This document shows, one piece after another, positions 55,734 through 63,981 of a stretch of DNA of 64,000 nt. Numbering within the stretch: the stretch's first letter is position 1; each line of letters opens with the position of its first letter. Source of the stretch: a virus. Its lineage: Duplodnaviria > Caudoviricetes. The translations under genes were made by a program, and so were the position numbers. The notes under the pieces are model-generated. The model had not been told where the DNA came from. It saw nothing but the letters and a program-made list of their open reading frames with translations, and did not search any database. The stretch covers positions 9,381-73,380 of the IMG/VR virus record IMGVR_UViG_2513237213_000004. The stretch is one strand, 5' to 3'.

Positions 55734-56626
55734 TCTCTTGGCATCTCCTTATGATAATTCCCGCAATGGTGAGTCTGAAAGAAATCACAATACTCATTCA
55801 CATCGCACCAATCAGCGCACCTGCGATTAGGATAAGTCTTACTGCTATCCCAACGCTCTGACTTCTTACAAGGTGGTGGACATACGCCGTTTTGCAATGC
55901 CTCACGCAATCTCTTAGCCTTTGTTTCAAAGTAAAGCCTTATCCACCGCTTACTAATGAGATTGATAGGAACAATATAAGCTGCTTGTGTTAGTCCCATT
56001 TTCTTAGCCTCGGCATCAATGGATGAACGTAGGAACATATTTACTCGAATCTGCTTCACGGGCAATCCTTCGTTCTCCATCATATAGCGGTAATAGTTTA
56101 ACTGGATTGCAATATCCATTACTTTGCGGACGCCATTGGGCTCCCATATCTGTTCCCATACTTCTTCACCTTTGCGCTTTCCCCTTGTAACTGTTCGTTT
56201 TCTCCACTTCGGAGTCATTCCCAAACAACGAGCAATTCTCCCGCTGCGGAAAAATTTCCAGTCCCACAGGGTTTGCGTGGTCGGATCATAAGCATCAAAG
56301 CACCCAGAGGTAATATCATCCGTCATTCGATGTTCTGCCATCCAGCCATCCGGAGAAGCATCCTCAAACGCCTTATGACTGTTTGTCCCAATCATAGCAG
56401 CGATACTTCCCATTGGATGAATCGCATAATCCTTGGTTATCTCCAAGAACGTCTGTCTTGTCGGTTTGATAAGCTGCGTTACGCTCGGCTTACCGAACCA
56501 ATGACGGGTGCTTTCTACCGCCGCAGTGAGCGCTGGTAGAGACATGCACCGATGGTCACACCCCTTCAAGCATTGCTCAAAGGGAACCTTTTCTCCGGCT
56601 TGACACCGGAAGAACTTAGCAGGCAA
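55730..56626 (-). CDS. PD-(D/E)XK (Cas4-like) nuclease
   Basis: SVTQLI, GCFD, LWDWK, QLNYY motifs; C-terminal Cys cluster. Confidence 0.75.
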   Translation of the reverse strand: MPAKFFRCQAGEKVPFEQCLKGCDHRCMSLPALTAAVESTRHWFGKPSVTQLIKPTRQTFLEITKDYAIHPMGSIAAMIGTNSHKAFEDASPDGWMAEHRMTDDITSGCFDAYDPTTQTLWDWKFFRSGRIARCLGMTPKWRKRTVTRGKRKGEEVWEQIWEPNGVRKVMDIAIQLNYYRYMMENEGLPVKQIRVNMFLRSSIDAEAKKMGLTQAAYIVPINLISKRWIRLYFETKAKRLREALQNGVCPPPCKKSERWDSSKTYPNRRCADWCDVNEYCDFFQTHHCGNYHKEMPRE

Positions 56627-56670
56627 CTAAGTTCCGAGCTCCTTACTATACAAAGTAAATCCTCCTTCGT

Positions 56671-56726
56671 ACACCATTGTAGCATTATGCCATTACAATG
56701 GTGTAACGTTATACCATTATACCGTT
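56671..56726. repeat. Octamer array 4 (7 units)
   Basis: ACACCATT GTAGCATT ATGCCATT ACAATGGT GTAACGTT ATACCATT ATACCGTT. Confidence 0.85.
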
Positions 56727-56750
56727 GGGTTTGCCCCAACAACATAATAT

Positions 56751-56779
56751 ATTCTACTCTTGTTAATTATAATTGTCAA
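56751..56779 (-). promoter_or_regulatory. Sigma70-type promoter TTGACA-17-TAGAAT
   Basis: Spacer ends in TTAACAAGAG, as in the RNA A promoter. Confidence 0.75.
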
Positions 56780-56795
56780 GGGTTAAATATAATAT

Positions 56796-58781
56796 TTATA
56801 AAACTTTTTCGGTCAACCTTGATTTCTCCGGATCATATACCAGATTAAACAAGGTATCCTCGCTACGACGCTCACGAGCCTTTACCAGCTTTATCATAGA
56901 GTCATACTTATATTTCTCTCGGTCAATCGGAGAAAGCGTAGAATCCAGTGCTCTGCGCCACAAGAGGTAAACGTAGTCCCCAGAGTCACCAATGGCCCCG
57001 GAACCGCGAAGGTCCTTCTGCTCCGGCTCATGGAACCTGCCGCCCTGTTCTTTGCCCTGACCAGACTTATTAAGCTGCGAAAGTATCACAAAGAGAACAT
57101 TGAGCTCCTTGGCAAAGTCCTTGGTTTTTTCTGCCATAGCTTCTTCATCAGTCAAGGTATCCCGGCCACGCATCTTCTGAAAGTAATCCACGGCCACAAT
57201 GTCAACCGGAGAAAGCCGAGCATTGGTCAGTTTTACATATTCTGCCATGTCATCCAGTGTCAGCCCTGGTTTATCAACGATAAACAAATGCTTTTCCAGT
57301 TTATCGCTAATCATCGTTACCAGGTCAGGGTTCATGGCGATGTATCCAGGCACATCATACCGGCGAATCCCTACGATCTTGGCTACGAGGATCTTCATTA
57401 TATCTTCCTTTGGCATTTCCAAAGAGAAAAATAACACGGTTTTACGCAGTTTCACGCACCAATGGAGTATCCATTCCAGCAGATTTTCGGTCTTGCCGGA
57501 GTTCGATGCAGCGCCCAGGATAACCACGTTCTTACGTTTGAACTTAGCAGCCTTGTCAATGTTCGGGAAACCTACGCCGAAATATTCCTCGTCTTTGACG
57601 GATTCCAGCGCATGAAAGGAGTCGATTGCCGAAGCAATGTCCTTCATCCGTTCTTCCGTGGTGTCCTCCTTGATTGATAGGAGTTCCCGAACAACGCTAA
57701 TATCTCGCTGCCAGACATCCGCAAGATATTCAGCAATATCCTGCCGAACCATCGGATTTTCCACGGTCCGCACAAAGTCTACGATGTTCTTTTCCTGGAT
57801 TTCCTTATCATCGGTTTCAGAGATAATCTGCTTGGCCACATAGAAATCCATGGATACATACTGGCAATCCTTGGCAATGTCCTTGCCCGCCACCAGCATA
57901 TCATTGAAGTCTTTGCATCCATCCGGGATAACGGCCACCTTCACGACGATTTTAGGCGCATGTTTTTTAAAAAGGTCCCTGGCTCGGCGCACGAACTTCG
58001 ATGCCTTACCATCATTGTCCGGACAAAGAACAACTTTGCCATTTTCAATGGGGGTGAGCAGGCTCTTGATATGCTCTACATGACTTTTAGTAACGCTGAT
58101 ACCGCAGTAAGCCACCGCACAATTCCCCTGCTGCACCGCCGACATAGCATCGAAAGAACCCTCGCATAAGATGATTGTCTTGGTATCTTTGAGGTGCTTT
58201 AGAGCCTGTGGTAAGCCAAAGAGGAATTCACCCTTCGTAAACAGGCCCTTCACGTTCTTACTGTTTTTATACTTTGGCTTCTTATCAAAGTATCTATAGA
58301 GGAACGCTACCGGCCTTCTCCATTCGTCGTACATCGGAATCGTGAGAGCCTTGATTTTTTCAGAGTATCCCAGGCCATATGTTTCGATAGTTTCATCGGT
58401 CAGCCCGCGTTTATGCAGATAATCAATCACTGTAGGCAGCTTGGCCTGCATCTGATGAATCCATGCTGCGTTGCGCTCTGTGATACCCATATGCTCCCGG
58501 TATTCATCGCTTTCACTAATGGTCAGCCCAAAGTCATCACAGAGCGTATGTACGGCCTGCTCAAAGGTGCATCCGTCTCGGCCCATGACATAATGGATAA
58601 TGTCGCCGCTGGCCTGGCACGAGAAGCAATAGAATTTATTATCCGGAAATACGACGAAAGTTGACGGATTATCCCCGCCATGAATAGGGCAGGCACACCG
58701 GTATGTCCCATCGCTCTGCAATTTGAGATCCGGGATATATTCGACCAACGACTTACCACGAATTACATCAATAATGTTCAC
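56796..58781 (-). CDS. Primase-helicase (CHC2 Zn finger, Toprim, DnaB-like SF4 helicase)
   Basis: CPIH..CFSC, CEGSFDA, CPDND, GCKDFND, GAASNSGKT, FFSLEM, VAVDYFQ, LSQLN, DLRGSG. Confidence 0.92.
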   Translation of the reverse strand: MNIIDVIRGKSLVEYIPDLKLQSDGTYRCACPIHGGDNPSTFVVFPDNKFYCFSCQASGDIIHYVMGRDGCTFEQAVHTLCDDFGLTISESDEYREHMGITERNAAWIHQMQAKLPTVIDYLHKRGLTDETIETYGLGYSEKIKALTIPMYDEWRRPVAFLYRYFDKKPKYKNSKNVKGLFTKGEFLFGLPQALKHLKDTKTIILCEGSFDAMSAVQQGNCAVAYCGISVTKSHVEHIKSLLTPIENGKVVLCPDNDGKASKFVRRARDLFKKHAPKIVVKVAVIPDGCKDFNDMLVAGKDIAKDCQYVSMDFYVAKQIISETDDKEIQEKNIVDFVRTVENPMVRQDIAEYLADVWQRDISVVRELLSIKEDTTEERMKDIASAIDSFHALESVKDEEYFGVGFPNIDKAAKFKRKNVVILGAASNSGKTENLLEWILHWCVKLRKTVLFFSLEMPKEDIMKILVAKIVGIRRYDVPGYIAMNPDLVTMISDKLEKHLFIVDKPGLTLDDMAEYVKLTNARLSPVDIVAVDYFQKMRGRDTLTDEEAMAEKTKDFAKELNVLFVILSQLNKSGQGKEQGGRFHEPEQKDLRGSGAIGDSGDYVYLLWRRALDSTLSPIDREKYKYDSMIKLVKARERRSEDTLFNLVYDPEKSRLTEKVL

Positions 58782-58783
58782 AA

Positions 58784-58951
58784 TTAACCCCTCTTATATT
58801 CATCCTTCAAACACCAGCGATGCAGTGAACCAGCCATAGGATAAAGCACCCGTTCAATTGTGAAATCGCAGATCCGATATATTGCTTCTCCAATGATAGC
58901 TATAGGCATAATCGCACAGACCTTCCAAGTAACTAAAGTCTTATCAAACAT
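58784..58951 (-). CDS. Small hypothetical protein
   Basis: SD GGAGG before the ATG at 58951; the longer track ORF merely reads through octamer array 5. Confidence 0.5.
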   Translation of the reverse strand: MFDKTLVTWKVCAIMPIAIIGEAIYRICDFTIERVLYPMAGSLHRWCLKDEYKRG

Positions 58952-58967
58952 AGACATCCCTCCATTT

Positions 58968-59015
58968 ACGCCATTATAACGGTATACTGTTATACCATTA
59001 TACATGTATACCATT
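58968..59015. repeat. Octamer array 5 (6 units)
   Basis: ACGCCATT ATAACGGT ATACTGTT ATACCATT ATACATGT ATACCATT. Confidence 0.85.
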
Positions 59016-59427
59016 ACTCTATTATTTCTACTGGAATCCACTGGCGGCCCCATGCTAAACATTGATCCGTAGTTTCCATGAGCAGGTCAATCCTGTTTTC
59101 GTAATCACCGCCGAATCTATCCTGTACCACCCAGATTTTACCGTCGATAAGAAGTTTTGTCCCAAAGGGCAAATCATCGGCTGCACAGGTATAAAAGGGA
59201 GTTCCTTCCACGCCACTAGCCGTAAGACCATCACCGTTCCCCTCGGCCACTGTATAGGCCGATACGTTCATTGTGATTACCTTTGTTTTCTTCTCTGCTA
59301 CTACCGGTGGTGGTGGCTCCGGAGTAGCATATATTTCTGTGTCCGGTATATAAAAATTCCCCGGCGCTGCCAGGGGATTTTCTATGAACATCATCGCAGC
59401 TAATAGAGCCGCTGTTTTATAACCGAT
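59014..59427 (-). CDS. 3D-domain (cell-wall/MltA-like) protein, probably secreted
   Basis: SAYT..G.TASG..CAADDLPFGTK..VQDRFG..IDL; the in-frame ATC at 59427 with an SD adds a signal peptide (track start 59394). Confidence 0.8.
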   Translation of the reverse strand: MGYKTAALLAAMMFIENPLAAPGNFYIPDTEIYATPEPPPPVVAEKKTKVITMNVSAYTVAEGNGDGLTASGVEGTPFYTCAADDLPFGTKLLIDGKIWVVQDRFGGDYENRIDLLMETTDQCLAWGRQWIPVEIIE

Positions 59428-59428
59428 A

Positions 59429-59638
59429 TTACCGCCTCTTTCCTATCATGCAGCCAATGAACAAGACCAGGGCAAGGATACCCACGTTTGCCGGTGAGAA
59501 ATAACGTGCCCCTGTGACCAAATCAAAGAGGACAATAACGCAGGTGGCCCCCAAGAGCCAAAATGCCGCTACCACGGTAAATCCGATGGCCGTTCCCAAG
59601 GCCCATGAAATTCCTTCGCCAATCGCTTTCATCATCAC
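59429..59638 (-). CDS. Small membrane protein
   Basis: Two TM segments. Confidence 0.6.
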   Translation of the reverse strand: MMMKAIGEGISWALGTAIGFTVVAAFWLLGATCVIVLFDLVTGARYFSPANVGILALVLFIGCMIGKRR

Positions 59639-59817
59639 TTCTTCGCCTCCTTGCGTTTCTTCTGATGTGCTGCGGTTTCAGCCTTGGCCTCGGCATCGAC
59701 AATCTTCATCTGCTCCTTGAAATGATGCGGGGGCACGGCCTTCTGTTTGCGCTCGTAGTGATGGCTCATATTGAAATGCTTTGCCAACTTGATAAGTTCT
59801 TTCTTTGATACTGTCAT
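59635..59817 (-). CDS. Small basic protein
   Basis: SD GGAGG. Confidence 0.55.
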   Translation of the reverse strand: MTVSKKELIKLAKHFNMSHHYERKQKAVPPHHFKEQMKIVDAEAKAETAAHQKKRKEAKK

Positions 59818-59820
59818 TGA

Positions 59821-60129
59821 TTACCATTCCTCCAACAACTTCAAATAATCTGTTACCGTCGTTTCCTTGATGACGGTCATACGCTGCTTCTGATTCCATT
59901 CTGGGGCCTTGTAAAACAACCCCTGCATGGTAAGGTCCGGATTCTTCCCGGTGGCCATCATGTACTCATGGAACAGGTTTAACACTGATTCATCAAGTCT
60001 TTTGAAGAAGTTCCACACTCTGAAAAAATCCCGTGTGGGTTTACCACCGACAAACGCCTGCTTGCCGATGGTTCCCAGGAATTCCATTGCTAACCGGTGT
60101 GGTTTCTTTGATTCTTCCCATGGTTTCAT
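59821..60129 (-). CDS. Hypothetical protein
   Basis: SD GAAGGTG. Confidence 0.6.
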   Translation of the reverse strand: MKPWEESKKPHRLAMEFLGTIGKQAFVGGKPTRDFFRVWNFFKRLDESVLNLFHEYMMATGKNPDLTMQGLFYKAPEWNQKQRMTVIKETTVTDYLKLLEEW

Positions 60130-60171
60130 TGTTTCACCTTCATCTATATTTCACATTGACAAATATAATGG

Positions 60172-60531
60172 TCAATGATTGCAAAAAAGTTCCTTTAATA
60201 CCTTGGGAGTATACCTACGGTACGTCTGACTTCTTTCGCAGCGCTTCATCGCGCGTACATCGCAGCCACCGGATACCTTTATGAGTTCCAGGCGATTCTT
60301 GAACTTCCTCCTGCGACGCAGATACTTCCGGAGAAGTCGTACATCGTTAAGCAAGTCAGCACGCGGAGTACCCTTTGATAATTCAATGTGGTGCATCAAG
60401 TCACTGATTGCCTGGTCACAATGGCGCAGCCCTGCAACAAACTCTGCTTTCCGCGAAACCTCCACGTTTACGCTATGAGCAGCCTTGCTGATGTTCGCAT
60501 CAATGTTCCTGCATACGTTTACGGAGTTCAT
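60172..60531 (-). CDS. Hypothetical phage protein (DQAISDLMHHIEL type)
   Basis: SD GAGGTGAT. Confidence 0.65.
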   Translation of the reverse strand: MNSVNVCRNIDANISKAAHSVNVEVSRKAEFVAGLRHCDQAISDLMHHIELSKGTPRADLLNDVRLLRKYLRRRRKFKNRLELIKVSGGCDVRAMKRCERSQTYRRYTPKVLKELFCNH

Positions 60532-60655
60532 CAGTAATCACCTCGATTTCCTTGGCCAGCATATCCATCGCTGCTGCCTGTTCACACTCTGGATTACCAG
60601 AGAACCCACGTAAAACCTCTGCTACACCATCTAATCTATATGCGATATCTTCCAA
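60500..60655 (-). CDS. 51-aa hypothetical protein (not in track)
   Basis: SD GGGAGG, TTG start. Confidence 0.5.
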   Translation of the reverse strand: MEDIAYRLDGVAEVLRGFSGNPECEQAAAMDMLAKEIEVITDELRKRMQEH

Positions 60656-60729
60656 AATTCTAATCCTCCCAAGATCACCATTTATGCGGGGGGTTCGTCC
60701 CTCGCATGATACCAGTTACGAGTCAACGA

Positions 60730-61329
60730 TTATACCGGGATTTCCTCGTCAGAATCACCGTCAAACGGATTTTCATCCTGCGGGGTTACACCGAAAGCAT
60801 CATAGTCAATACCGCTACCGCTATAGCGTACCAACTTATCAACGGCAATCTGGTTGATATAGAGGTTAATGCCATTAGCTCTCGTGGAGGACCAATAAGC
60901 GCTCGGCTGATAAAGCACGCGAATAACGGAACCCTCACCGATGGCCACATCCTTATCCAACGGGCAGCCATGAACCGTATCCAGGACCGGGATATGCTTC
61001 TGCTTTTCCTCGCCCGTCTGACGATCCGTATAGAAAGCCGTGGTCTGGAAGTTGAACAACAGGGAACCATCTTCCTGTTCCTTGTAACCGGTGGTGGCAT
61101 CTGCGGACCATTTCTTGCCTTCAAACTTAGCATTTGCCTTGGCTGCTTCCAGGAGATCATCGCAGATTTTCTTCATCTTGGCTTCGGCTTCTTTATCCTC
61201 GAACTTCAAGGACACTTTGTACTTACGCTTACCCTCGTATTCGTCGTAACGAGTGTTGATCTTCGGCCAGATAGCCTTGCCAGCCAGGGATACCATGGGT
61301 TTGTCGGTGAGGTTTACATTGATGTTCAT
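60730..61329 (-). CDS. ssDNA-binding protein, T7 gp2.5-like
   Basis: GKAIWPKIN..DEY..YKVSL, IGEGSVIRV, GINLYINQI.V..LV.Y, acidic C-terminus. Confidence 0.8.
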   Translation of the reverse strand: MNINVNLTDKPMVSLAGKAIWPKINTRYDEYEGKRKYKVSLKFEDKEAEAKMKKICDDLLEAAKANAKFEGKKWSADATTGYKEQEDGSLLFNFQTTAFYTDRQTGEEKQKHIPVLDTVHGCPLDKDVAIGEGSVIRVLYQPSAYWSSTRANGINLYINQIAVDKLVRYSGSGIDYDAFGVTPQDENPFDGDSDEEIPV

Positions 61330-61365
61330 TTACGCATCGCTCCTTTAATTATACTTAAAATACGT

Positions 61366-61579
61366 TATTTATAATTGTCATTGAAAGCAAAAGTTGTCAA
61401 AAATATTACACGTTTCTCATTATACACCTGTTGATTTCATTTAACACCTGTGTTATAATCTAAGCAACGGTAGATAAGTCATTGCTTTTCAACGACTTAT
61501 ACAGTATAGCATTGTGAAATTAAGTTGTCAAGTGTTTTTCTTATTTCACACATATATTTTTTTATGACAATTATAAATA
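61366..61579. promoter_or_regulatory. Divergent ssb/repressor control region flanked by a perfect 15-bp inverted repeat
   Basis: TATTTATAATTGTCA (61366-61380) and TGACAATTATAAATA (61565-61579). Confidence 0.55.
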
Positions 61580-61775
61580 TCACATTGGTCATGCTATATA
61601 GAAAAAACTTTTAGAACAGAGGTGAGAAATGCAGCAGAGTAATCAAGGCAAGGCATAAAGTCACATCGATATCTTGGATTAGAGAAAAAAGATTATTTAA
61701 GAGAGAAAGATACGACGTAACAAAGGGGAATGTTACGAGTTGACCGCCAGATGGTTTAGAAAAGGAGAAATTAAA

Positions 61776-62135
61776 ATGAGAACTTTGAATAGGGTTAAGG
61801 AGCTTCGAGTCGCGAAGGGCCATGAGAGCCAGCGAGAATTCGCGAATTTCGTCACGAATAACTTGGGTTGCCCGGTTTCCTATGGAACAATCAATAAATT
61901 GGAAAACCAGAATGGAAACCCAACATGGGAATTATTGGATACGCTCGCTACGTACTTCCAGGTATCCACGGATTATCTAATGGGGAGAACCAATAAAAAT
62001 CTTGCGGTAGCAGCGCATGTCGATGAAGAACCAGGTGACGAGTTACCCCCCGAAGCCAAAATCGCCGTAGACACATTCTACAATAAGATGAGGGCTTTAT
62101 ATGGTAAAAACAAAGGAACTGTGGAAAATAGCTAA
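61776..62135 (+). CDS. XRE-family repressor (CI/ImmR-like)
   Basis: NRVKELR..SQREFA..TINKLENQNGNPT..LA.YFQVSTDYLMGR; SD AAAAGGAG. Confidence 0.88.
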   Translation: MRTLNRVKELRVAKGHESQREFANFVTNNLGCPVSYGTINKLENQNGNPTWELLDTLATYFQVSTDYLMGRTNKNLAVAAHVDEEPGDELPPEAKIAVDTFYNKMRALYGKNKGTVENS

Positions 62136-62640
62136 AGAAGCAAATGTATTTATCGGTTACGAGGATTTTAGTAACATACACCCTGGGATATATATCAGAG
62201 GTGAAATAAATGTTATTGGCCTGGACAACCATTTAACGCCCACCGAAGAACGATGCGTTCTTGCAGAGGAATTGGGACATCATTTTACTTTGCCGCCAGG
62301 TATGGACTTGAGAGAGTCACATAGGTACGGCATTTTACAAAAAAGAATATTTTATGAAACCATCGCGCGTGAATACGCAGTCAATCTTTTGATCCCATAT
62401 GACCAATGGGAAAAACTTATGAAAAAAGAAGATACTACAATTGAAGAAATAATGACAACATTTGATGTGACAAGGGAATTCGCCTATTATTGTCTCGATA
62501 TGTACTTCTTCGGCACTATTTTCATAAATCCATATAAACATATGGAGGGGATACCAGGTGACCGAATAGAAGAAGAAAAAGAAATACTAGCAAGGTGGAT
62601 CTCTGACATTAAAGTTCAGATAGCTAAGAAAGCTGCATAA
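62101..62640 (+). CDS. ImmA/IrrE-family metallopeptidase (anti-repressor)
   Basis: ERCVLAEELGHHF..E..AREYAVNLLIP; directly follows the XRE gene. Confidence 0.88.
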   Translation: MVKTKELWKIAKEANVFIGYEDFSNIHPGIYIRGEINVIGLDNHLTPTEERCVLAEELGHHFTLPPGMDLRESHRYGILQKRIFYETIAREYAVNLLIPYDQWEKLMKKEDTTIEEIMTTFDVTREFAYYCLDMYFFGTIFINPYKHMEGIPGDRIEEEKEILARWISDIKVQIAKKAA

Positions 62641-62643
62641 AAA

Positions 62644-62680
62644 GAAACCCCAGGGATGATAAAGGTTCCTGGGGTTTTTA
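62644..62680. terminator. Intrinsic terminator after immA (T-tracts on both strands)
   Basis: AAACCCCAGG-loop-CCTGGGGTTTTT. Confidence 0.8.
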
Positions 62681-63292
62681 AATGGGGAAAATGAGAACTT
62701 GGGGAAGTGTGTTTGTGCGTGTCCCCATCCGCAGAAGTCCTCTGTCTAATCATCATACGAAACAGGGACTTCCTACCTAGTATAACATATGCAAAAAAAA
62801 AAAAAACAGTTAATCTCTATCTTTGGGCACAGTCCGTTTCTAAGCTACTTCCTACTACGCCCGCCGCGATAAGCACCCCTGAAACGCTTCGTAACGCCCA
62901 AACTTTGACATGGGAGATAAGCACTAAAACTATCTAAATTCATCGTATGTTTTTTTAAACTTCTTATTGACTTTAGCGTTATTTTATGATGGAAGCCGAA
63001 GGAAACGGGAGAGCAAAGCATAGTGCTACCTTAGACATCGAAAAGACAATAGTCTACTGTAGCACTACAACGAAAATTGATGGAATCCGTGAGGTTTCCG
63101 GTGTCGCTTTTCGCAATTCAATTAGTCATCGTCACTACAACGATACAGAGGTTTCATAGTGGTCTAAGTACCCCACACTACCACGCCCCTCGACGTGTTC
63201 CTCTGGCCCGGTTTATTTCAACCGTACTCTAGGCTCAATACCAATGTATCTTGCCCTTTTAGCCCCCGCAGGCTTCTTAACGCTCCATAAAC

Positions 63293-63334
63293 AAAAAATG
63301 CGTTGGTCTAATAGCCTTCCACGGCCCCAACGCA
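63293..63334 (-). terminator. Terminator/attenuator hairpin inside RNA B
   Basis: TGCGTTGG...CCAACGCA followed by T6. Confidence 0.55.
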
Positions 63335-63584
63335 CTGTCTATCTACGCTTATTATGGGAGTTAACCTGTTCTTCACCCACTTAGGTCATCGTCCTGTATT
63401 GAATAAACCAGGACGAACCCCGCCGACTTACTGCTGCCGCTGGCGATACGGTGGACTCTCTATGAGTTGCCAATTTATATACCGCCTGCTCGCGGTGGCA
63501 TCCATGCTTTCCCAGAATAAGGATCTGGGCGACCTATGGCGGCTTCTTCTCGCCATTGAGGACCATGAAACACCGCACAAGAAC

Positions 63585-63613
63585 TTGACGAGTCCCTTGT
63601 TTATATGTATAAT
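63585..63613 (+). promoter_or_regulatory. Promoter TTGACG-17-TATAAT (extended -10)
   Basis: Read directly from the sequence. Confidence 0.8.
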
Positions 63614-63619
63614 GGACTC

Positions 63620-63694
63620 ATAAACCAAATGTCAATCCGCCTGTTTGTGCGGTGATAGGACCTGGAAGTACGCCAATACTTCTAGGTCTTTTTT
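63620..63694 (+). ncRNA. Candidate counter-transcribed small RNA (about 75 nt)
   Basis: Bounded by the 63585 promoter and terminator GACCT-GGAAGTA-CGCCAA-TACTTCT-AGGTC-T6 (63659-63694); no ORF. Confidence 0.6.
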
Positions 63695-63737
63695 CATGCT
63701 CTTTTTCGATTGTCATGCGTGATTATCCAGCGTTTTC

Positions 63738-63780
63738 TGTGGATAACTGCTATGCTCATATATTATCATAGTTATCCACA
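63738..63780. promoter_or_regulatory. Two perfect, inverted DnaA boxes
   Basis: TGTGGATAA at 63738-63746 and TTATCCACA at 63772-63780 (11-bp inverted repeat, AT-rich spacer). Confidence 0.8.
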
Positions 63781-63788
63781 AGAGTCAA
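63760..63788 (-). promoter_or_regulatory. Promoter TTGACT-17-TAATAT with a DnaA box in its spacer
   Basis: Read directly from the sequence. Confidence 0.65.
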
Positions 63789-63858
63789 TAAGGTTTATTC
63801 AGAAATGAACCATATTTTCTCTTGTGTCCCGCGAAAACACTGACCTCTTTGAAATTGA

Positions 63859-63981
63859 ACGCCATTACGCCATTACACCATTATACATGTGTGATACCGT
63901 TATAACGGTGTAATGGCTTGACTGTATAATGGTGTAGCGTTATAATGTTACACAGGTACAACGGTATAATAGTATAATGAT
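63859..63981. repeat. Octamer array 6 (about 15 units) containing a plus-strand promoter TTGACT-17-TATAAT (63918-63946)
   Basis: ACGCCATT ACGCCATT ACACCATT ATACATGT (gtg) ATACCGTT ATAACGGT GTAATGGC TTGACTGT ATAATGGT GTAGCGTT ATAATGTT ACACAGGT ACAACGGT ATAATAGT ATAATGAT; an SD GGGGAGG follows at the window edge. Confidence 0.9.

Larger units (their letters stand above)
62793..63753 (-). ncRNA. Candidate long structured RNA B
   Basis: Promoter at 63788-63760, many perfect stems, no credible ORF, core motif shared with RNA A. Confidence 0.5.

Noticed and set aside
55730-56626. Cas4-like gene as part of a CRISPR system
   Set aside because: Stand-alone within the replication/recombination block; no array or other cas genes.
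58952-59062. N-terminal extension VMVYMYNGITVYRYNGVN of the track ORF 58784-59062 as a protein repeat
   Set aside because: It is a read-through of octamer array 5 and overlaps the 3D gene; the SD points to the ATG at 58951.
63060-63160. CACTACAACGA repeated at 70-bp spacing, superficially like a type II CRISPR repeat end
   Set aside because: Only two 11-nt copies, no full-length repeat and no cas genes; better explained as part of the structured locus B.
63428-63628. 66-aa ORF as a replication initiator or leader peptide
   Set aside because: TTG start without an SD, no Rep or HTH motif, and it overlaps opposing promoters and stems.
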